Positions 37,067 to 50,962 are shown, counted from the first letter of the stretch. The stretch is DNA of 64,000 bases from Kiritimatiellia bacterium (GCA_040767085.1 JAXGPF010000008.1:44590-108589), one strand, 5' to 3'. Translations and numbers: made by a program. The notes: generated by a model from the sequence alone, not told the origin.

Positions 37067-38785
37067 ATGCGGACAGGCGTGCAATGTTTGATGGACGGAT
37101 TGCAGCAAGCCGGCGTGGAAGTGGTGTTCGGGCTCCCGGGCGGGCAAGTGCTGGATATTTTCAAGGATTTGTATCATGCGCCGTTTGAATTTTTCCTGAC
37201 GCGGCACGAGCAGGGCGCCGCGCACATGGCGGACGGGTATGCGCGGGCCACCGGCCGCGTCGGCTGTTGCCTGGTGACTTCAGGTCCCGGCGCCACCAAT
37301 GCCGTCACCGGGCTGGCCACGGCCAACATGGATTCCATCCCGCTGGTGTGCATTACCGGCCAGGTGCCATCGCACATGATCGGCAACGACGCTTTCCAGG
37401 AAGCCGACATCACCGGCATCACCCGCCCGGTGACCAAGCACAATTACCTGGTGCGCAACGTGGACGACCTCCCGCGCATCATTGCCGAGGCCTTTTACAT
37501 CGCCCGTTCGGGCAAGCCCGGCCCGGTGCTGGTGGATATCCCCAAGGATGTGCAGCGGGCTTCCACACGCGCGCCGACGCCCACGGAAGTGAAAATCCGC
37601 AGTTACAACCCCACCACCGAGGGCCACCCGCGCCAGATCGCCAAGCTGGCCGAGGCGCTGAACGCCGCGGAACGGCCGCTTTTGTACGCCGGCGGGGGCG
37701 TGATCTTGAGCAACGCGGCGGCGGAATTGACGGCGCTGGCGCGCAAGGCGCGCCTGCCGGTGACCACCACGCTGCTGGGCCTGGGCGCGTTCCCGGAGAC
37801 CGATCCCCTGGCGCTGCGGATGCTGGGTATGCATGGCAGCGCCGCGGCTAATTTCGCCGTGCAAGAATGCGATTTGCTGGTGTCCGTGGGCGCCCGTTTC
37901 GACGACCGGGTGACCGGGAAAGTGTCGGAATTCGCGCCGCATGCCAAAATTGCCCACATTGACATTGACCCCTCGGCCATTGCCAAGAGCGTGGAAGTGG
38001 ATATCCCCGTGGTGGGCGATGTCAGGCAGGTTTTGTCCGAATTGCTGCCGCAGGTGGAATCCCGCGAGCGCGCGTCATGGCTGGCGAAGCTCGGACAATG
38101 GCAGGCCAAGCATCCTTTCAGTTACGATCCGGACCCGGCCAAGCTCATGCCGCAGTACGTGATTGAGCAGATTTACAAGCTGACCGGCGGCAAGGCGATT
38201 ATCGCCACGGAAGTGGGGCAGCACCAGATGTGGGCGGCGCATTTTTACAAGTACACCCGCCCGCGGACGTTCATCTCTTCCGGCGGCCTGGGCACCATGG
38301 GGTTCGGCCTGCCGGCGGCCATCGGCGCCCAGGCGGGCTGCCGCGACCAGATGGTGGTGGATATCGCCGGGGATGGCAGCGCCCAGATGAATTTCCAGGA
38401 AATGGTGGTGGCGGTGGAACACAAACTGCCGGTCAAGGTGGTCATTTTGAACAACACCTACCTGGGCATGGTGCGCCAGTGGCAGGAGATGTTTTACAAG
38501 CACGAGTATTCCGCCACCGTGCTCCGGCAGAGCGACCGCCCGAAAAACGAGCGCATCGCCGACGGCGCCGCGGGGTACCTGCCGGATTTCGTCAAGCTGG
38601 CCGAGGCCCACGGCGCTTACGGCGACCGGGTCGTCCGGCGCGAGGACGTCATCCCCGCCCTGGAAAAGGCCTTCGCCTACAACGGTCCGGCCCTGGTGGA
38701 ATGCATGGTGGAGCGCGAAGCCAACGTGTATCCCATGGTGCCGGCCGGGGCTTCGTTGACGGAAATGATTCACAGCATGGCATGA
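37067..38785 (+). CDS. ilvB: Acetolactate synthase large subunit
   Basis: RHEQGAAHMADGYARATG, TSGPGATN, GARFDDRVTG, SSGGLGTMGFGLPAAIGA, GDGS; GGGAGG RBS. Confidence 0.96.
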   Translation: MRTGVQCLMDGLQQAGVEVVFGLPGGQVLDIFKDLYHAPFEFFLTRHEQGAAHMADGYARATGRVGCCLVTSGPGATNAVTGLATANMDSIPLVCITGQVPSHMIGNDAFQEADITGITRPVTKHNYLVRNVDDLPRIIAEAFYIARSGKPGPVLVDIPKDVQRASTRAPTPTEVKIRSYNPTTEGHPRQIAKLAEALNAAERPLLYAGGGVILSNAAAELTALARKARLPVTTTLLGLGAFPETDPLALRMLGMHGSAAANFAVQECDLLVSVGARFDDRVTGKVSEFAPHAKIAHIDIDPSAIAKSVEVDIPVVGDVRQVLSELLPQVESRERASWLAKLGQWQAKHPFSYDPDPAKLMPQYVIEQIYKLTGGKAIIATEVGQHQMWAAHFYKYTRPRTFISSGGLGTMGFGLPAAIGAQAGCRDQMVVDIAGDGSAQMNFQEMVVAVEHKLPVKVVILNNTYLGMVRQWQEMFYKHEYSATVLRQSDRPKNERIADGAAGYLPDFVKLAEAHGAYGDRVVRREDVIPALEKAFAYNGPALVECMVEREANVYPMVPAGASLTEMIHSMA

Positions 38786-38795
38786 GGGGGCAACG

Positions 38796-39272
38796 ATGAA
38801 ACATATCCTGTCGGTGGTGGTGGAAAATCAGCCCGGGGTCCTGGCCCGCGTGGTCGGCCTGATCTCGGGGCGCGGCTACAACATTGACAGTTTGAACGTG
38901 GCGCCCACCCAGGACGCCTCCACCTCGCGCATCACGATGGTGGTGCCGGGCGACGATCGCGTGTTGGAGCAGGTGACCAAGCAGTTGAACAAGCTGGTGG
39001 ACGTGATCAAGGTGCACGATTTCACCGGGGAACGCTTCCTGGGCCGTGAATTGATGCTGGTCAAGGTCATGACGGGGCCGAAAAACCGCGCGCCGGTGGT
39101 CGAGCTGGCCGCGCTGTTCAACGCCCGCGTGGTCAGCGTGCAGAGCAAGTCGCTGACCGTGCAGATGGCGGGCGCCAGCGAGGATGTGGACAACCTGCTG
39201 GAACTCCTGCGGCCGAACGGTATTTTGGAGTTGTCGCGCTCGGGGGTGATCGCGGTGGGCAAACAGGATTGA
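38796..39272 (+). CDS. ilvN: Acetolactate synthase small (regulatory) subunit
   Basis: LSVVVENQPGVLARVVGLISGRGYNIDSL, KQLNKLVDVIKV, RELMLVKV. Confidence 0.95.
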   Translation: MKHILSVVVENQPGVLARVVGLISGRGYNIDSLNVAPTQDASTSRITMVVPGDDRVLEQVTKQLNKLVDVIKVHDFTGERFLGRELMLVKVMTGPKNRAPVVELAALFNARVVSVQSKSLTVQMAGASEDVDNLLELLRPNGILELSRSGVIAVGKQD

Positions 39273-39318
39273 AGCGGCCGGCGCCAGGCGCCGCGGCCGG
39301 CACGGGAGACATGCGAAA

Positions 39319-40875
39319 ATGAACAAGGCACAAAATGATCGCGTTTTGATTTTCGATACGACGCTGCGGGATGGCGAGCAATGCCCGGGCGCCAGCCTGA
39401 ACCAGCGGGAGAAAATTGAAATTGCCCAGCAGTTGGCGCGCCTGAAAGTGGATGTGATCGAGGCGGGCTTTCCCATCGCCTCGCCGGATGATTTCCGGGC
39501 GGTGCAGGCGGTGGCGGAGCAGGTCCAGGGGCCGCGCATCGCCGGCCTCGCGCGTTCTATGGAAAAGGACATTGTGCGCTGTGCCGAGGCCGTGGCCCCC
39601 GCCGGCAAGCGCGGGCGCATCCATGTGTTCCTGGCCACTTCCCGCATCCACCGCGAGTTCAAACTGCGCAAGGACCAGCGGGAAATCATCCGCCTGGCCG
39701 TGGACGCCGTGACCCGCGCGCGGAAGCTGTGCGGGGATGTGGAGTTCAGCCCCGAGGATGCCTCGCGCACCGAGCCGGAATTTCTGGCCGAGGTGGTCCG
39801 CGCCGTGATTGACGCCGGGGCGGGCACCGTCAATATTCCCGACACGGTCGGGTACGCCGTGCCGGACGAGTTCGGCGCCTTGATTGCCGAGCTGTTCGAA
39901 CGTGTGCCCAATATCGGCCAGGCCATCATCAACGTCCATTGCCATAACGACCTGGGACTGGCAGTCGCCAATTCGCTGGCAGCCGTCAAAAACGGCGCCC
40001 GGGGCGTCGAATGCACGATCAACGGCCTGGGCGAGCGGGCGGGCAATTGTGCGCTGGAAGAATTCGTCATGGCCCTGCGGACGCGGGCGGACGCCTTCAA
40101 GCTGCGGACGGGGATTGAAACCCGCGAAATTTACCGCGCGAGCCGGCTGGTCAGCCGGCTGACGGGCATGGTGGTGCAGCGCAACAAGGCCATCGTGGGC
40201 GCGAATGCCTTCGCCCATGAGTCGGGCATCCACCAGGACGGCATCCTGAAGGAACGCAGCACGTATGAAATCATGCGCCCGGAAGATATCGGCCTCGAAG
40301 GCGGCACGGAACTGGTCCTGGGTAAACACTCCGGCCGGCACGCCTTCCGCGACCGCCTGGCCGGCATGGGCTTCCAACTGAACGCGGAGGAACTGGAACG
40401 GGCTTACGCGCGGTTTATCGAACTGGCCGACAAGAAAAAAGCGATGTACGACGACGATCTCCTGGCCATTGCCCGCCATGAAATGGAGGATGTGGCCGGG
40501 ATCTATGCCCTGGAATACATCCAAGTTTCCACCGGCTCGAGCACCGTGCCTACCGCCACTGTCCGCTTGAAAAAAGGCGCGGCCGTCAAGCAGGATGCCG
40601 CCTGCGGCGATGGCCCGGTAGATGCCGCCTTGAAGACCGTGGACCGCATCACCGGCGTGCCCGGCCGCCTGCTGGATTACGGCATTCAAGCGGTGACGGT
40701 CGGGAAGGACGCCCAGGGCGAGGTGAGCATGCGCGTGGCGTTTGACAAAGACGTAGTCAGCGGCAAGGCGGCCGGCACGGACATCGTGCAGGCCAGCGCC
40801 GCCGCTTACCTGAATTGCGTCAACCGCATGCTGGCCGCGCGGCGCCAGGCGGAGCCGGCCGCTAAAAATTCATGA
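39319..40875 (+). CDS. leuA: 2-isopropylmalate synthase
   Basis: FDTTLRDGEQ, EAGFP, HCHNDLGLAVANSL, GERAGN, HESGIHQDG, LGKHSGRHA, GDGPVDA. Confidence 0.96.
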   Translation: MNKAQNDRVLIFDTTLRDGEQCPGASLNQREKIEIAQQLARLKVDVIEAGFPIASPDDFRAVQAVAEQVQGPRIAGLARSMEKDIVRCAEAVAPAGKRGRIHVFLATSRIHREFKLRKDQREIIRLAVDAVTRARKLCGDVEFSPEDASRTEPEFLAEVVRAVIDAGAGTVNIPDTVGYAVPDEFGALIAELFERVPNIGQAIINVHCHNDLGLAVANSLAAVKNGARGVECTINGLGERAGNCALEEFVMALRTRADAFKLRTGIETREIYRASRLVSRLTGMVVQRNKAIVGANAFAHESGIHQDGILKERSTYEIMRPEDIGLEGGTELVLGKHSGRHAFRDRLAGMGFQLNAEELERAYARFIELADKKKAMYDDDLLAIARHEMEDVAGIYALEYIQVSTGSSTVPTATVRLKKGAAVKQDAACGDGPVDAALKTVDRITGVPGRLLDYGIQAVTVGKDAQGEVSMRVAFDKDVVSGKAAGTDIVQASAAAYLNCVNRMLAARRQAEPAAKNS

Positions 40876-41741
40876 TTGACGCCAGAACCAAGCTATACGC
40901 CGTGCTCGGGCATCCAGTGAGCCATTCGCTGTCGCCGCCGATGCAAAACGCGGCTTTTGCCGCCTTGGGTATCAACGCCGCCTACCTGGCATTTGACGTC
41001 GCGCCCGACCGGCTGCCGGCATTGCTGCCGGCCCTGGCCGAACTGGGGTTTGCCGGCTTGAACCTGACCGTGCCGCTGAAGGAACCCGCCTTGCAGTGCC
41101 TCTCCGACTTGGATGAATCCGCCGCGCGCATGCGGTCGGTCAATACCGTCCGGATGGACGGGCATGCGATGCGCGGCTACAGCACCGACGGCGCGGGCTT
41201 CCTGGCGGCCTTGCGGGCGGAATTCAGCCTGGAGGTCCGGGGCCGGAGCATGTGCCTGCTGGGCTGCGGCGGCGCCGGCCGCGCGGTGGCCATCGCCTGT
41301 GCCCTGGCCGGCGCGGCGGAAATCCGGCTGGCCAACCGTTCCGCCGGCCGCGCGGAGCGGTTGGCCGCCGAAATCGCCGGCCTGCCGGACGCCCCCCGCG
41401 TCAGCCTGGCGCCGGCGCAGCCGGCGGCCTGGCGGGAAGCCTGCCGGCAGGCGGAAATTGTGGTGCAGGCCACGTCCGTGGGCTTGCGGCCGGGAGACCC
41501 GCCGCTGGTCGGCGCCGATGCCTTTCAGGCCGGCCAGTGGTTTTACGACTTGATCTACCATGTGCCGGAAACCGCAACGATGCGCGCCGCGGCCACCGCC
41601 GGCGCGCGCGCAGCCAACGGCTTGGGGATGTTGTTGTATCAGGGGGCGCTCGCCCTGGAAATCTGGACCGGCCGGCCGGCGCCCGTGGCGCCTATGCGCC
41701 GGGCGTTGCAGCAGGCGGTATACGGGGACAACCTGCCATGA
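40872..41741 (+). CDS. aroE: Shikimate dehydrogenase
   Basis: [44 protein letters not shown]. Confidence 0.95.
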   Translation: MIDARTKLYAVLGHPVSHSLSPPMQNAAFAALGINAAYLAFDVAPDRLPALLPALAELGFAGLNLTVPLKEPALQCLSDLDESAARMRSVNTVRMDGHAMRGYSTDGAGFLAALRAEFSLEVRGRSMCLLGCGGAGRAVAIACALAGAAEIRLANRSAGRAERLAAEIAGLPDAPRVSLAPAQPAAWREACRQAEIVVQATSVGLRPGDPPLVGADAFQAGQWFYDLIYHVPETATMRAAATAGARAANGLGMLLYQGALALEIWTGRPAPVAPMRRALQQAVYGDNLP

Positions 41742-42556
41742 CCTATGAATTCGCGTTCGCCTATCTTTCAACAATGATCTTTGTCCTGGGAGCATGCATC
41801 GGCAGTTTTGTCAATGTCTGCATTTACCGGATTCCCCGCGACCTCTCGGTGGTGGCGCCGCGCTCGTTTTGCCCCGCTTGTTCGCGGATGATTCCCTGGT
41901 ATTATAACCTGCCGCTGCTGAGTTATCTCATACTCGGGGGGCAGTGCCGTTATTGCGGCGGCAAAATCAACCTGCGTTATTTCCTGGTGGAGGCGTTGAC
42001 CGGCTTCCTGTTCCTGATGATCTGGCTGCGGTTCGGCTGGGATGTCCGCACGCCCGCGTATTGGCTGCTGGCCGCGGGCTTGGTCATTGCCGCGTTTGTA
42101 GATTTCGAACACCTGATCATTCCCGACCGCATTTCCATCGGCGGGATGCTGGCCGGCCCGGCCCTGGCGGCCTGGGCGCCTGCCATGCACGGTCAGGCGG
42201 CGGCTTTTGCCGGATTCCGTGCGGCGTTGCTGGGCATGCTGGCCGGCACGCTCCTGCTCTGGTCCGTGGCCGAACTCGGGCGCCTGTATTTCAAGCGCGA
42301 AGCCATGGGCCTGGGCGATGTCAAACTGCTGGGGGCGATTGGGGCGTTTCTCGGCTGGCAGGCAGTGCTGTTTACCGTCATCTGCGCCTCGACGGTCGGG
42401 GCGGCGGCCGGGATGACGATGATCGCCATGGGGCGCAAAAAGATGGCGAGTAAAATCCCGTTCGGTCCGTACCTGGCCATGGCCGCTTTGTTGTGGGTGC
42501 TGGGCGGCGCGGACTGGTGGCAGGCCTACCTGGCATGGCTGACGCAAGCGCCCTAG
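41738..42556 (+). CDS. pilD: Prepilin peptidase
   Basis: [26 protein letters not shown]...[30 protein letters not shown]. Confidence 0.93.
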   Translation: MTYEFAFAYLSTMIFVLGACIGSFVNVCIYRIPRDLSVVAPRSFCPACSRMIPWYYNLPLLSYLILGGQCRYCGGKINLRYFLVEALTGFLFLMIWLRFGWDVRTPAYWLLAAGLVIAAFVDFEHLIIPDRISIGGMLAGPALAAWAPAMHGQAAAFAGFRAALLGMLAGTLLLWSVAELGRLYFKREAMGLGDVKLLGAIGAFLGWQAVLFTVICASTVGAAAGMTMIAMGRKKMASKIPFGPYLAMAALLWVLGGADWWQAYLAWLTQAP

Positions 42557-42596
42557 GCGGGGACCGGCTGGTTAAACGGCAACAGGCAATCCAACC

Positions 42597-43166
42597 ATGC
42601 GCGACGCGTTCAATATCACTTTGGCGGGATTTATGGGGACGGGGAAATCCGCCGTCGGCCGGCGGCTGGCGGAGGCCTTGGGGCGCGAGTTCGTAGACAT
42701 GGACGCCGTTCTGGAAGCGCGCGAGGGCCTGCCCGTGCGCCGGATTTTCGATGAAAAGGGCGAGCAATATTTCCGCAGCCTGGAACGGAGCCTGGTCGTC
42801 GAACTGGCGGCGCGGCGGAACCTGGTGATAGCCGCCGGCGGCGGCGCGATCCTCGATCCGGCAAATTTCCGGCGGCTGGCCGCCGCCGGCCCGGTGATCT
42901 GCCTGACCGCGGCGCCCGAAACTATTGCCGCCCGGCTGGGCGCGGCGCAAACGCGGCCGCTGCTGGCCGGCGGCGATCCCGCGCGGATATTAGGCGAAAT
43001 CCGCCGGCTGCTGGCGGAGCGCCAGCCGGCTTATGCCGCCGTGCCCTGGCAGGTGGCGACGGACGGCTTGACCGCCGCGGCGGTGGCCCGCCGGATTCTG
43101 CGGCAATTGCCGGCGGCCGTGGTCAGCGGCAAACCAGCGCTCCCGCCAGACCGCCCAGGATCATGA
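42597..43166 (+). CDS. aroK: Shikimate kinase
   Basis: GFMGTGKSAVG, DMD, GEQYFRSLE, AAGGG, RPLL. Confidence 0.95.
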   Translation: MRDAFNITLAGFMGTGKSAVGRRLAEALGREFVDMDAVLEAREGLPVRRIFDEKGEQYFRSLERSLVVELAARRNLVIAAGGGAILDPANFRRLAAAGPVICLTAAPETIAARLGAAQTRPLLAGGDPARILGEIRRLLAERQPAYAAVPWQVATDGLTAAAVARRILRQLPAAVVSGKPALPPDRPGS

Positions 43167-43665
43167 TCAGCGCCGGGTTGACCCGCGCGCAACGCAGAAT
43201 CGCAAACGCTCCCACTGCCAGCGCGATGACCGCCAGCCGGCCGGTGCCCGGCGCGGCATTTTCCCACATGGCTATGGCCAGTTTGACGGCGGCGGCGGCA
43301 ATCAGTCCGGCCACGGCCGGCCGGAGGGCGCCCATGATGGAATGCACCAGCGGGTGATGCCGGTAACGCTGCCAGGCGGCCGCCAGGGTGATCATGCCCA
43401 GCAGGGACGGCAGCGCCAGGGCGGCGGTCGCCAGCAGGGCGCCGCTGATCCCGGCGGTCTGGTACCCGATGTAAGTGGCGGCATTCACGGCCAGCGGCCC
43501 GGGGGTGATTTCCGCGATGGCCAGGATGTCCAAAAACTGGGCAGTCGTCAGCCAGCCATGGTGCTCGATTTCCTGCTGGATCAAGGGCAGCATGGCATAA
43601 CCGCCGCCGATGGTCAGGCAGCCGATTTTGACAAAAGATACGATTAATTGCAGGTAAATATGCAT
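43123..43665 (-). CDS. Short-chain chromate transporter (CHR) subunit
   Basis: IGGGYAM, ITPGPLAVNAATYIGY, LRPAVAGLI. Confidence 0.9.
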   Translation of the reverse strand: MHIYLQLIVSFVKIGCLTIGGGYAMLPLIQQEIEHHGWLTTAQFLDILAIAEITPGPLAVNAATYIGYQTAGISGALLATAALALPSLLGMITLAAAWQRYRHHPLVHSIMGALRPAVAGLIAAAAVKLAIAMWENAAPGTGRLAVIALAVGAFAILRCARVNPALIMILGGLAGALVCR

Positions 43666-43691
43666 GTCACAAATTTCAAACTCAACTCATG

Positions 43692-44276
43692 TCAAGTTCC
43701 CGCCTGTCGACGCCGGTAAAAATAACGCAGGGCGCCGGCGGCGCCCGCGCCCAGGATGATCCAGACCACGCTGACGCCGGGGATCAGCGCCAGCGCGGCA
43801 GCCGTCCCGGCCAGGACCCAGGCGGTTGCGCTGCGGCAGGCGCGGCGGGCGGAGGTCCAGGCCACGGCGGCAATGAGCCCGGCCACGGCGCCCCGGATGC
43901 CCTGCATGCCCCGGGCCACCGCCGGAGCGCGCACGGCATGTTCGAGCAGCATGGCCAGCGCCAGGATCACGATCACGGACGGCGCGATCATGCCGGCCGT
44001 GGCGGCGATGGCGCCGGGGATGCCGGCCTGGCGCTTGCCGATGAAGGTGGCGGCATTGATGGCAATGGCGCCGGGAATGGTCTGCGCCATGGCGAAAATA
44101 TCGTTGAGTTCCAGCGGCGTTGCCCACTGCCGGCGCTCGACGATTTCCCGTTCCAGCATCGGCAGCATGGCGTAACCGCCGCCGAACGTGAACAGGCCGA
44201 CGCGGGCGAAAGCGCAGAACAACGCGCCTAGCGATGTCGGCCGCAGGGCGGCTTCAGATGGCGGAGAGGGAGGCAT
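43692..44276 (-). CDS. Short-chain chromate transporter (CHR) subunit
   Basis: FGGGYAMLP, AQTIPGAIAINAATFIG, IRGAVAGLI. Confidence 0.9.
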   Translation of the reverse strand: MPPSPPSEAALRPTSLGALFCAFARVGLFTFGGGYAMLPMLEREIVERRQWATPLELNDIFAMAQTIPGAIAINAATFIGKRQAGIPGAIAATAGMIAPSVIVILALAMLLEHAVRAPAVARGMQGIRGAVAGLIAAVAWTSARRACRSATAWVLAGTAAALALIPGVSVVWIILGAGAAGALRYFYRRRQAGT

Positions 44277-44286
44277 GATCCGTTCT

Positions 44287-45696
44287 TCAGCATTTGACCG
44301 CGCAGACGGCCAGGCCGCCGGCGGCGGTCTCCTTGTAACGCGCCGACATGTCGCGGCCGGTCTGCAGCATGGCGGCGATGACCTCGTCCAGGGTGACTTT
44401 CTGTTTCTGCGGATCGCCGGCGGATGCCAGCAGGTAGGCGTTATAGGAAGTTACCGCGCCCACGGCGTTGCGTTCGATGCAGGGAATCTGCACGTAGCCG
44501 GCGATCGGATCGCAGGTCAGCCCCAGGTGATGCTCCAGGGCGATCTCCGCGGCATTGGCGATGAAATTGACGGCGTAACCGTAAACCTGGGCCAGCAGGG
44601 CGGCGCCCATGGCCGAGGCGACGCCGATTTCACCCTGGCAGCCGACTTCGGCGCCGGAAATGCTGGCGTTGTGCCTGGCGATGAGCGCAATGGCCGCCGC
44701 CGCCAGCAGCCCTTCGCGGAGGGCCTGTTGCGGCATGCGCATCTGGCGCCGCAGCAGGTAAATCAGGCCGGGGAGCACCCCGGCGGAACCGGACGTGGGC
44801 GCGGTGACAATCCGCCGGCCGGCGGCATTTTCCTCGGCTGCCGCCAGGGCGTAGGCGTTCAGAAACACCAGGAACCGGTCGGGATAATTTTTCAAAGCCC
44901 GGGCGCGGGCGTAAAGCGTCGGCGCCTTGCGCGCCAGGCGGATCGGGCCGGGCAGCAGGCCGCCATGCTGAATGCCGTGTTCCACGGCGGCTTCCATGAC
45001 GGCGATAATCCGGTCCAGATCGGCCCAGACGCCGGCGGGGTTGCGCCCGGAAACCGCCTGTTCGTGCTCCAGAAGCAGGTCCACCAGCGGCATGCCGGTG
45101 TCCGCCAGGCACGCTTGCAGTTGTGCCATGTTAGCAAAAGGATGGGGTGGCGCGGCCTGCGGCGGGGCCGGCTCATCCCGGTAGCGCACAAAGCCTCCGC
45201 CGATGGAATAACATTCCATTTCCAACAGGGGTTGGGCGCCGGCCGCCAGTCGCAAAATCATGGTGTTGGGGTGGGGGGCATTGGGCAGGTCGCCGGCGCA
45301 ACGGATATCGGCGGCCTGGAAGGGGATGCCCTGGCGCGCGCCGGGCAACTCCATGCGGTAAACGGCGGACGGCTCGCGCAGGAGACCAGCCAGGCGCTCC
45401 ACATCGCAGGTTTCCGGGGCCATGCCCAGCAGCCCGGCGGCGACGGCGCGATCGGTGCCATGCCCCTTGCCGGTGGCGCTCAGCGAGCCGTACAGATCCA
45501 CTTCCAGGCGGGTGGCGCGGGCCTGCGCCGCGGCTGGCAGGGCCGCCGCACTTTCACGGAACCGGCCCGCGGCCTTCATCGGGCCAATCGTGTGTGAGCT
45601 GGACGGCCCGGGCCCGATCTTGAACACGTCGAAAATGGACGTTCGAATGCATTCGGCCGGCGGCGAGGCCGCTGGTTTTTTGCCTTGACGCTTCAT
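44287..45696 (-). CDS. sdaA: L-serine ammonia-lyase, Fe-S dependent, single chain
   Basis: IGPGPSSSHTIGPM, YGSLSATGKGHGTD, VTAPTSGSAG, GAEVGCQGE, HHLGLTCDP, QIPCIERN, YKETAAGGLA. Confidence 0.95.
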   Translation of the reverse strand: MKRQGKKPAASPPAECIRTSIFDVFKIGPGPSSSHTIGPMKAAGRFRESAAALPAAAQARATRLEVDLYGSLSATGKGHGTDRAVAAGLLGMAPETCDVERLAGLLREPSAVYRMELPGARQGIPFQAADIRCAGDLPNAPHPNTMILRLAAGAQPLLEMECYSIGGGFVRYRDEPAPPQAAPPHPFANMAQLQACLADTGMPLVDLLLEHEQAVSGRNPAGVWADLDRIIAVMEAAVEHGIQHGGLLPGPIRLARKAPTLYARARALKNYPDRFLVFLNAYALAAAEENAAGRRIVTAPTSGSAGVLPGLIYLLRRQMRMPQQALREGLLAAAAIALIARHNASISGAEVGCQGEIGVASAMGAALLAQVYGYAVNFIANAAEIALEHHLGLTCDPIAGYVQIPCIERNAVGAVTSYNAYLLASAGDPQKQKVTLDEVIAAMLQTGRDMSARYKETAAGGLAVCAVKC

Positions 45697-46220
45697 CAGA
45701 AAGCCAACCGCGCGGCGGCGCCGAGCGTTACGGTGTCGGTGTTGATGCGTTTGTCCAGGTCCTTGATGTTTTCCCAGTCCAGGAAGCGGTAGTTGGCATT
45801 GATATCCAGGCGCAGGTTGGGCAGGATTTCAAAGTCCAGCCCGGCGCGCACGCCGTAAAACGGGTCGTCGGCGAATTTGCCGTCGGCGTAATTGATGCCG
45901 ATGCCGCCGGCCACGTAAATGCCGGATCCCAGCACGAGGTAAGCCTGGGGCGCATAGGTGGTTTCATCGGAACCGCCGAACCCGTTGGGGAAAATTTCCA
46001 GGTCGGCCTGGATTTTCAGGAGGCGCCAGGGGGCGAACTGGTAGGTTGCCAGCCAGGCCAGCCCGTCGTCATCGAGCTTGTAGTCGTCTTCCTTGATGCG
46101 GTCGATCGTCCGCCAGTAATTGGCGCCCACGCCGAGACGGTGCAACTGGATTTGTTCCGCGCGGGTTTGCGAGCCGGCCGCCAGCATTGCCAACAATCCG
46201 ACAATCAATAATTTCCGCAT
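45696..46220 (-). CDS. Small outer-membrane beta-barrel protein (porin/OmpW-like)
   Basis: Signal peptide, alternating beta-strand pattern, C-terminal Phe. Confidence 0.8.
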   Translation of the reverse strand: MRKLLIVGLLAMLAAGSQTRAEQIQLHRLGVGANYWRTIDRIKEDDYKLDDDGLAWLATYQFAPWRLLKIQADLEIFPNGFGGSDETTYAPQAYLVLGSGIYVAGGIGINYADGKFADDPFYGVRAGLDFEILPNLRLDINANYRFLDWENIKDLDKRINTDTVTLGAAARLAF

Positions 46221-46241
46221 GTTTGATCGCTCCTTGGGTGT

Positions 46242-49442
<3,201 letters not shown>

Positions 49443-49479
49443 GTTTTGCATCTCCGGGAAAAGGGTTGAATTGGCGGTT

Positions 49480-49508
49480 AGCATGGCGGGTTCGCCCGGC
49501 CAGGTCAA
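49480..49508 (-). promoter_or_regulatory. Putative sigma70 promoter of carB
   Basis: TTGACC-N17-CATGCT on the minus strand. Confidence 0.5.
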
Positions 49509-49522
49509 GCCAAAAAGCACGC

Positions 49523-49686
49523 CAGGGCTGCGTCATTCTCGGCGGCTCGCTCCCGCGCCAGGCGGGACAAGCCAGAGGTTTACCCCGCTTTGAGCGGGGT
49601 CTCGCCCTACCCACGACAAATGCTTGTGAAACGGTAGGGCGAGGTCTCCGTACCGAGCCGTCTGTTCTGAGAATGACGCAGCCCTG
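49523..49686. mobile_element. MITE-like element (copy 1) with 18-bp TIR and an internal GTAG-type REP doublet
   Basis: CAGGGCTGCGTCATTCTC / GAGAATGACGCAGCCCTG; flanks AAAAGCACGC / AAAAGCGCGC (9/10 direct repeat); internal TCGCCCTACC...GGTAGGGCGA. Confidence 0.8.
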
Positions 49687-49805
49687 AAAAGCGCGCGGCT
49701 TTATCGGAATTTGCGTTTGACTACGGCATGGAGGAATGGCAGCATGCAGGTTTGCGATAACCAAGCCAAGCCCATAAATCCCACTAGCAGAAAACAGGTT
49801 GCCCC

Positions 49806-50918
49806 ATGTCTTTTGAAAGCGGCTCAGTCAGTTTCAGCATGTTTTACGTTCCCGCCCCCCTGCCGGAGACCATCCATCAGCGGTTTGCCAAGGGCGTGCT
49901 CGGTCCGATAGATAAGCTGCGCGAGGAAGAAATTCACGGCTGGGTTGGGCCCCGGCACCTGCTGGATCGCGAGATCAGCGAGATGACGGCCTGGCCCTCC
50001 GGTTTTTTGCGGCTGACGCTCTCCCAGGCGCAACGGGTCATCCCCGCGTCGCTGCTGCGGGCGGAATGCCGCATCGAGGAAATGGCCTGGATGCAGGCCG
50101 AGCACCGCGATTATGTCAACCGCCAGCAGAAAAGTGAAATCAGGCAGCGGGTGGTCGAGCGCCTTTTGCCGCAAATGCCGCCCCAGCTCAAGGGGATTGA
50201 CTTCTGTTACGATCCGCGGGCAAAATTCCTGTATGTCACCGCGCTTTCGGAGAAACAGTTCGACGCTTTCCTGATCAACTTCGGCCTGACCACCGGGGTC
50301 AAACTGATCCAGGTTGATCCGGTATCCGCCGCGTGGCATGAGGCGCATTGCCGGGCCGACCAATGGCCCGCGCTGGGATTTGCCGCCGAACAGTGGGCGG
50401 ATTGCGCCCCCGGGCGCGAATTCTTAATGTGGCTCTGGTTCATGTCGGAGGCCAAAGGCGGCGAAGTGGACTTGGCTGGCGGCGGGAAATTCGCCGTTAT
50501 GGTGGAAGGACCCCTGCTGTTCGATCAGGCGGAGCAGGGTGAGACGGCGATCCGCAAAGGCGAGCCGATGCTGAGCGCCGAAACCCGCGCCGCGCTTCTC
50601 AGCGGCAAAAAGCTGCGCCGGGCCAAGCTGACCCTGGCCCGCGGCGGCGAGGAGTGCTGGACTTGCTCGTTTGACGCCGATGGTTTCATCTTCCGCAACT
50701 TGAAATTGCCCAAGACCGAGGCGATTGACGCCGTGGGCCGCTTTCAGGAGCGGATGGAAATGCTGGACACCTTCCGGGAAGCCTTCCTCGGCCTCTACGG
50801 CACTTTCGCCAAGCTGCGCGACGACCGCGGCCGTTGCCAAGCGCTGGAGTCGGAAATGAAAAAATGGATGTCCGGACGGCCGTCCCGCAAGCTGGCGGAT
50901 GTATCCAGCAGTCAGTGA
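49806..50918 (+). CDS. RdgC-like recombination-associated protein
   Basis: GWVGPRHLLD, RVIPASLL, GREFLMWLWFMSE, VEGPL, ALLSGKKLRRAKL. Family recognition is from memory. Confidence 0.7.
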   Translation: MSFESGSVSFSMFYVPAPLPETIHQRFAKGVLGPIDKLREEEIHGWVGPRHLLDREISEMTAWPSGFLRLTLSQAQRVIPASLLRAECRIEEMAWMQAEHRDYVNRQQKSEIRQRVVERLLPQMPPQLKGIDFCYDPRAKFLYVTALSEKQFDAFLINFGLTTGVKLIQVDPVSAAWHEAHCRADQWPALGFAAEQWADCAPGREFLMWLWFMSEAKGGEVDLAGGGKFAVMVEGPLLFDQAEQGETAIRKGEPMLSAETRAALLSGKKLRRAKLTLARGGEECWTCSFDADGFIFRNLKLPKTEAIDAVGRFQERMEMLDTFREAFLGLYGTFAKLRDDRGRCQALESEMKKWMSGRPSRKLADVSSSQ

Positions 50919-50940
50919 TCAGTGATCGGTGATCAGTGAA
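50913..50940 (+). repeat. Heptamer tandem repeat (CAGTGAT)x4
   Basis: CAGTGAT CAGTGAT CGGTGAT CAGTGAA, overlapping the rdgC-like stop codon. Confidence 0.8.
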
Positions 50941-50962
50941 CCTTGAGTTTTGGTCAACAGCA

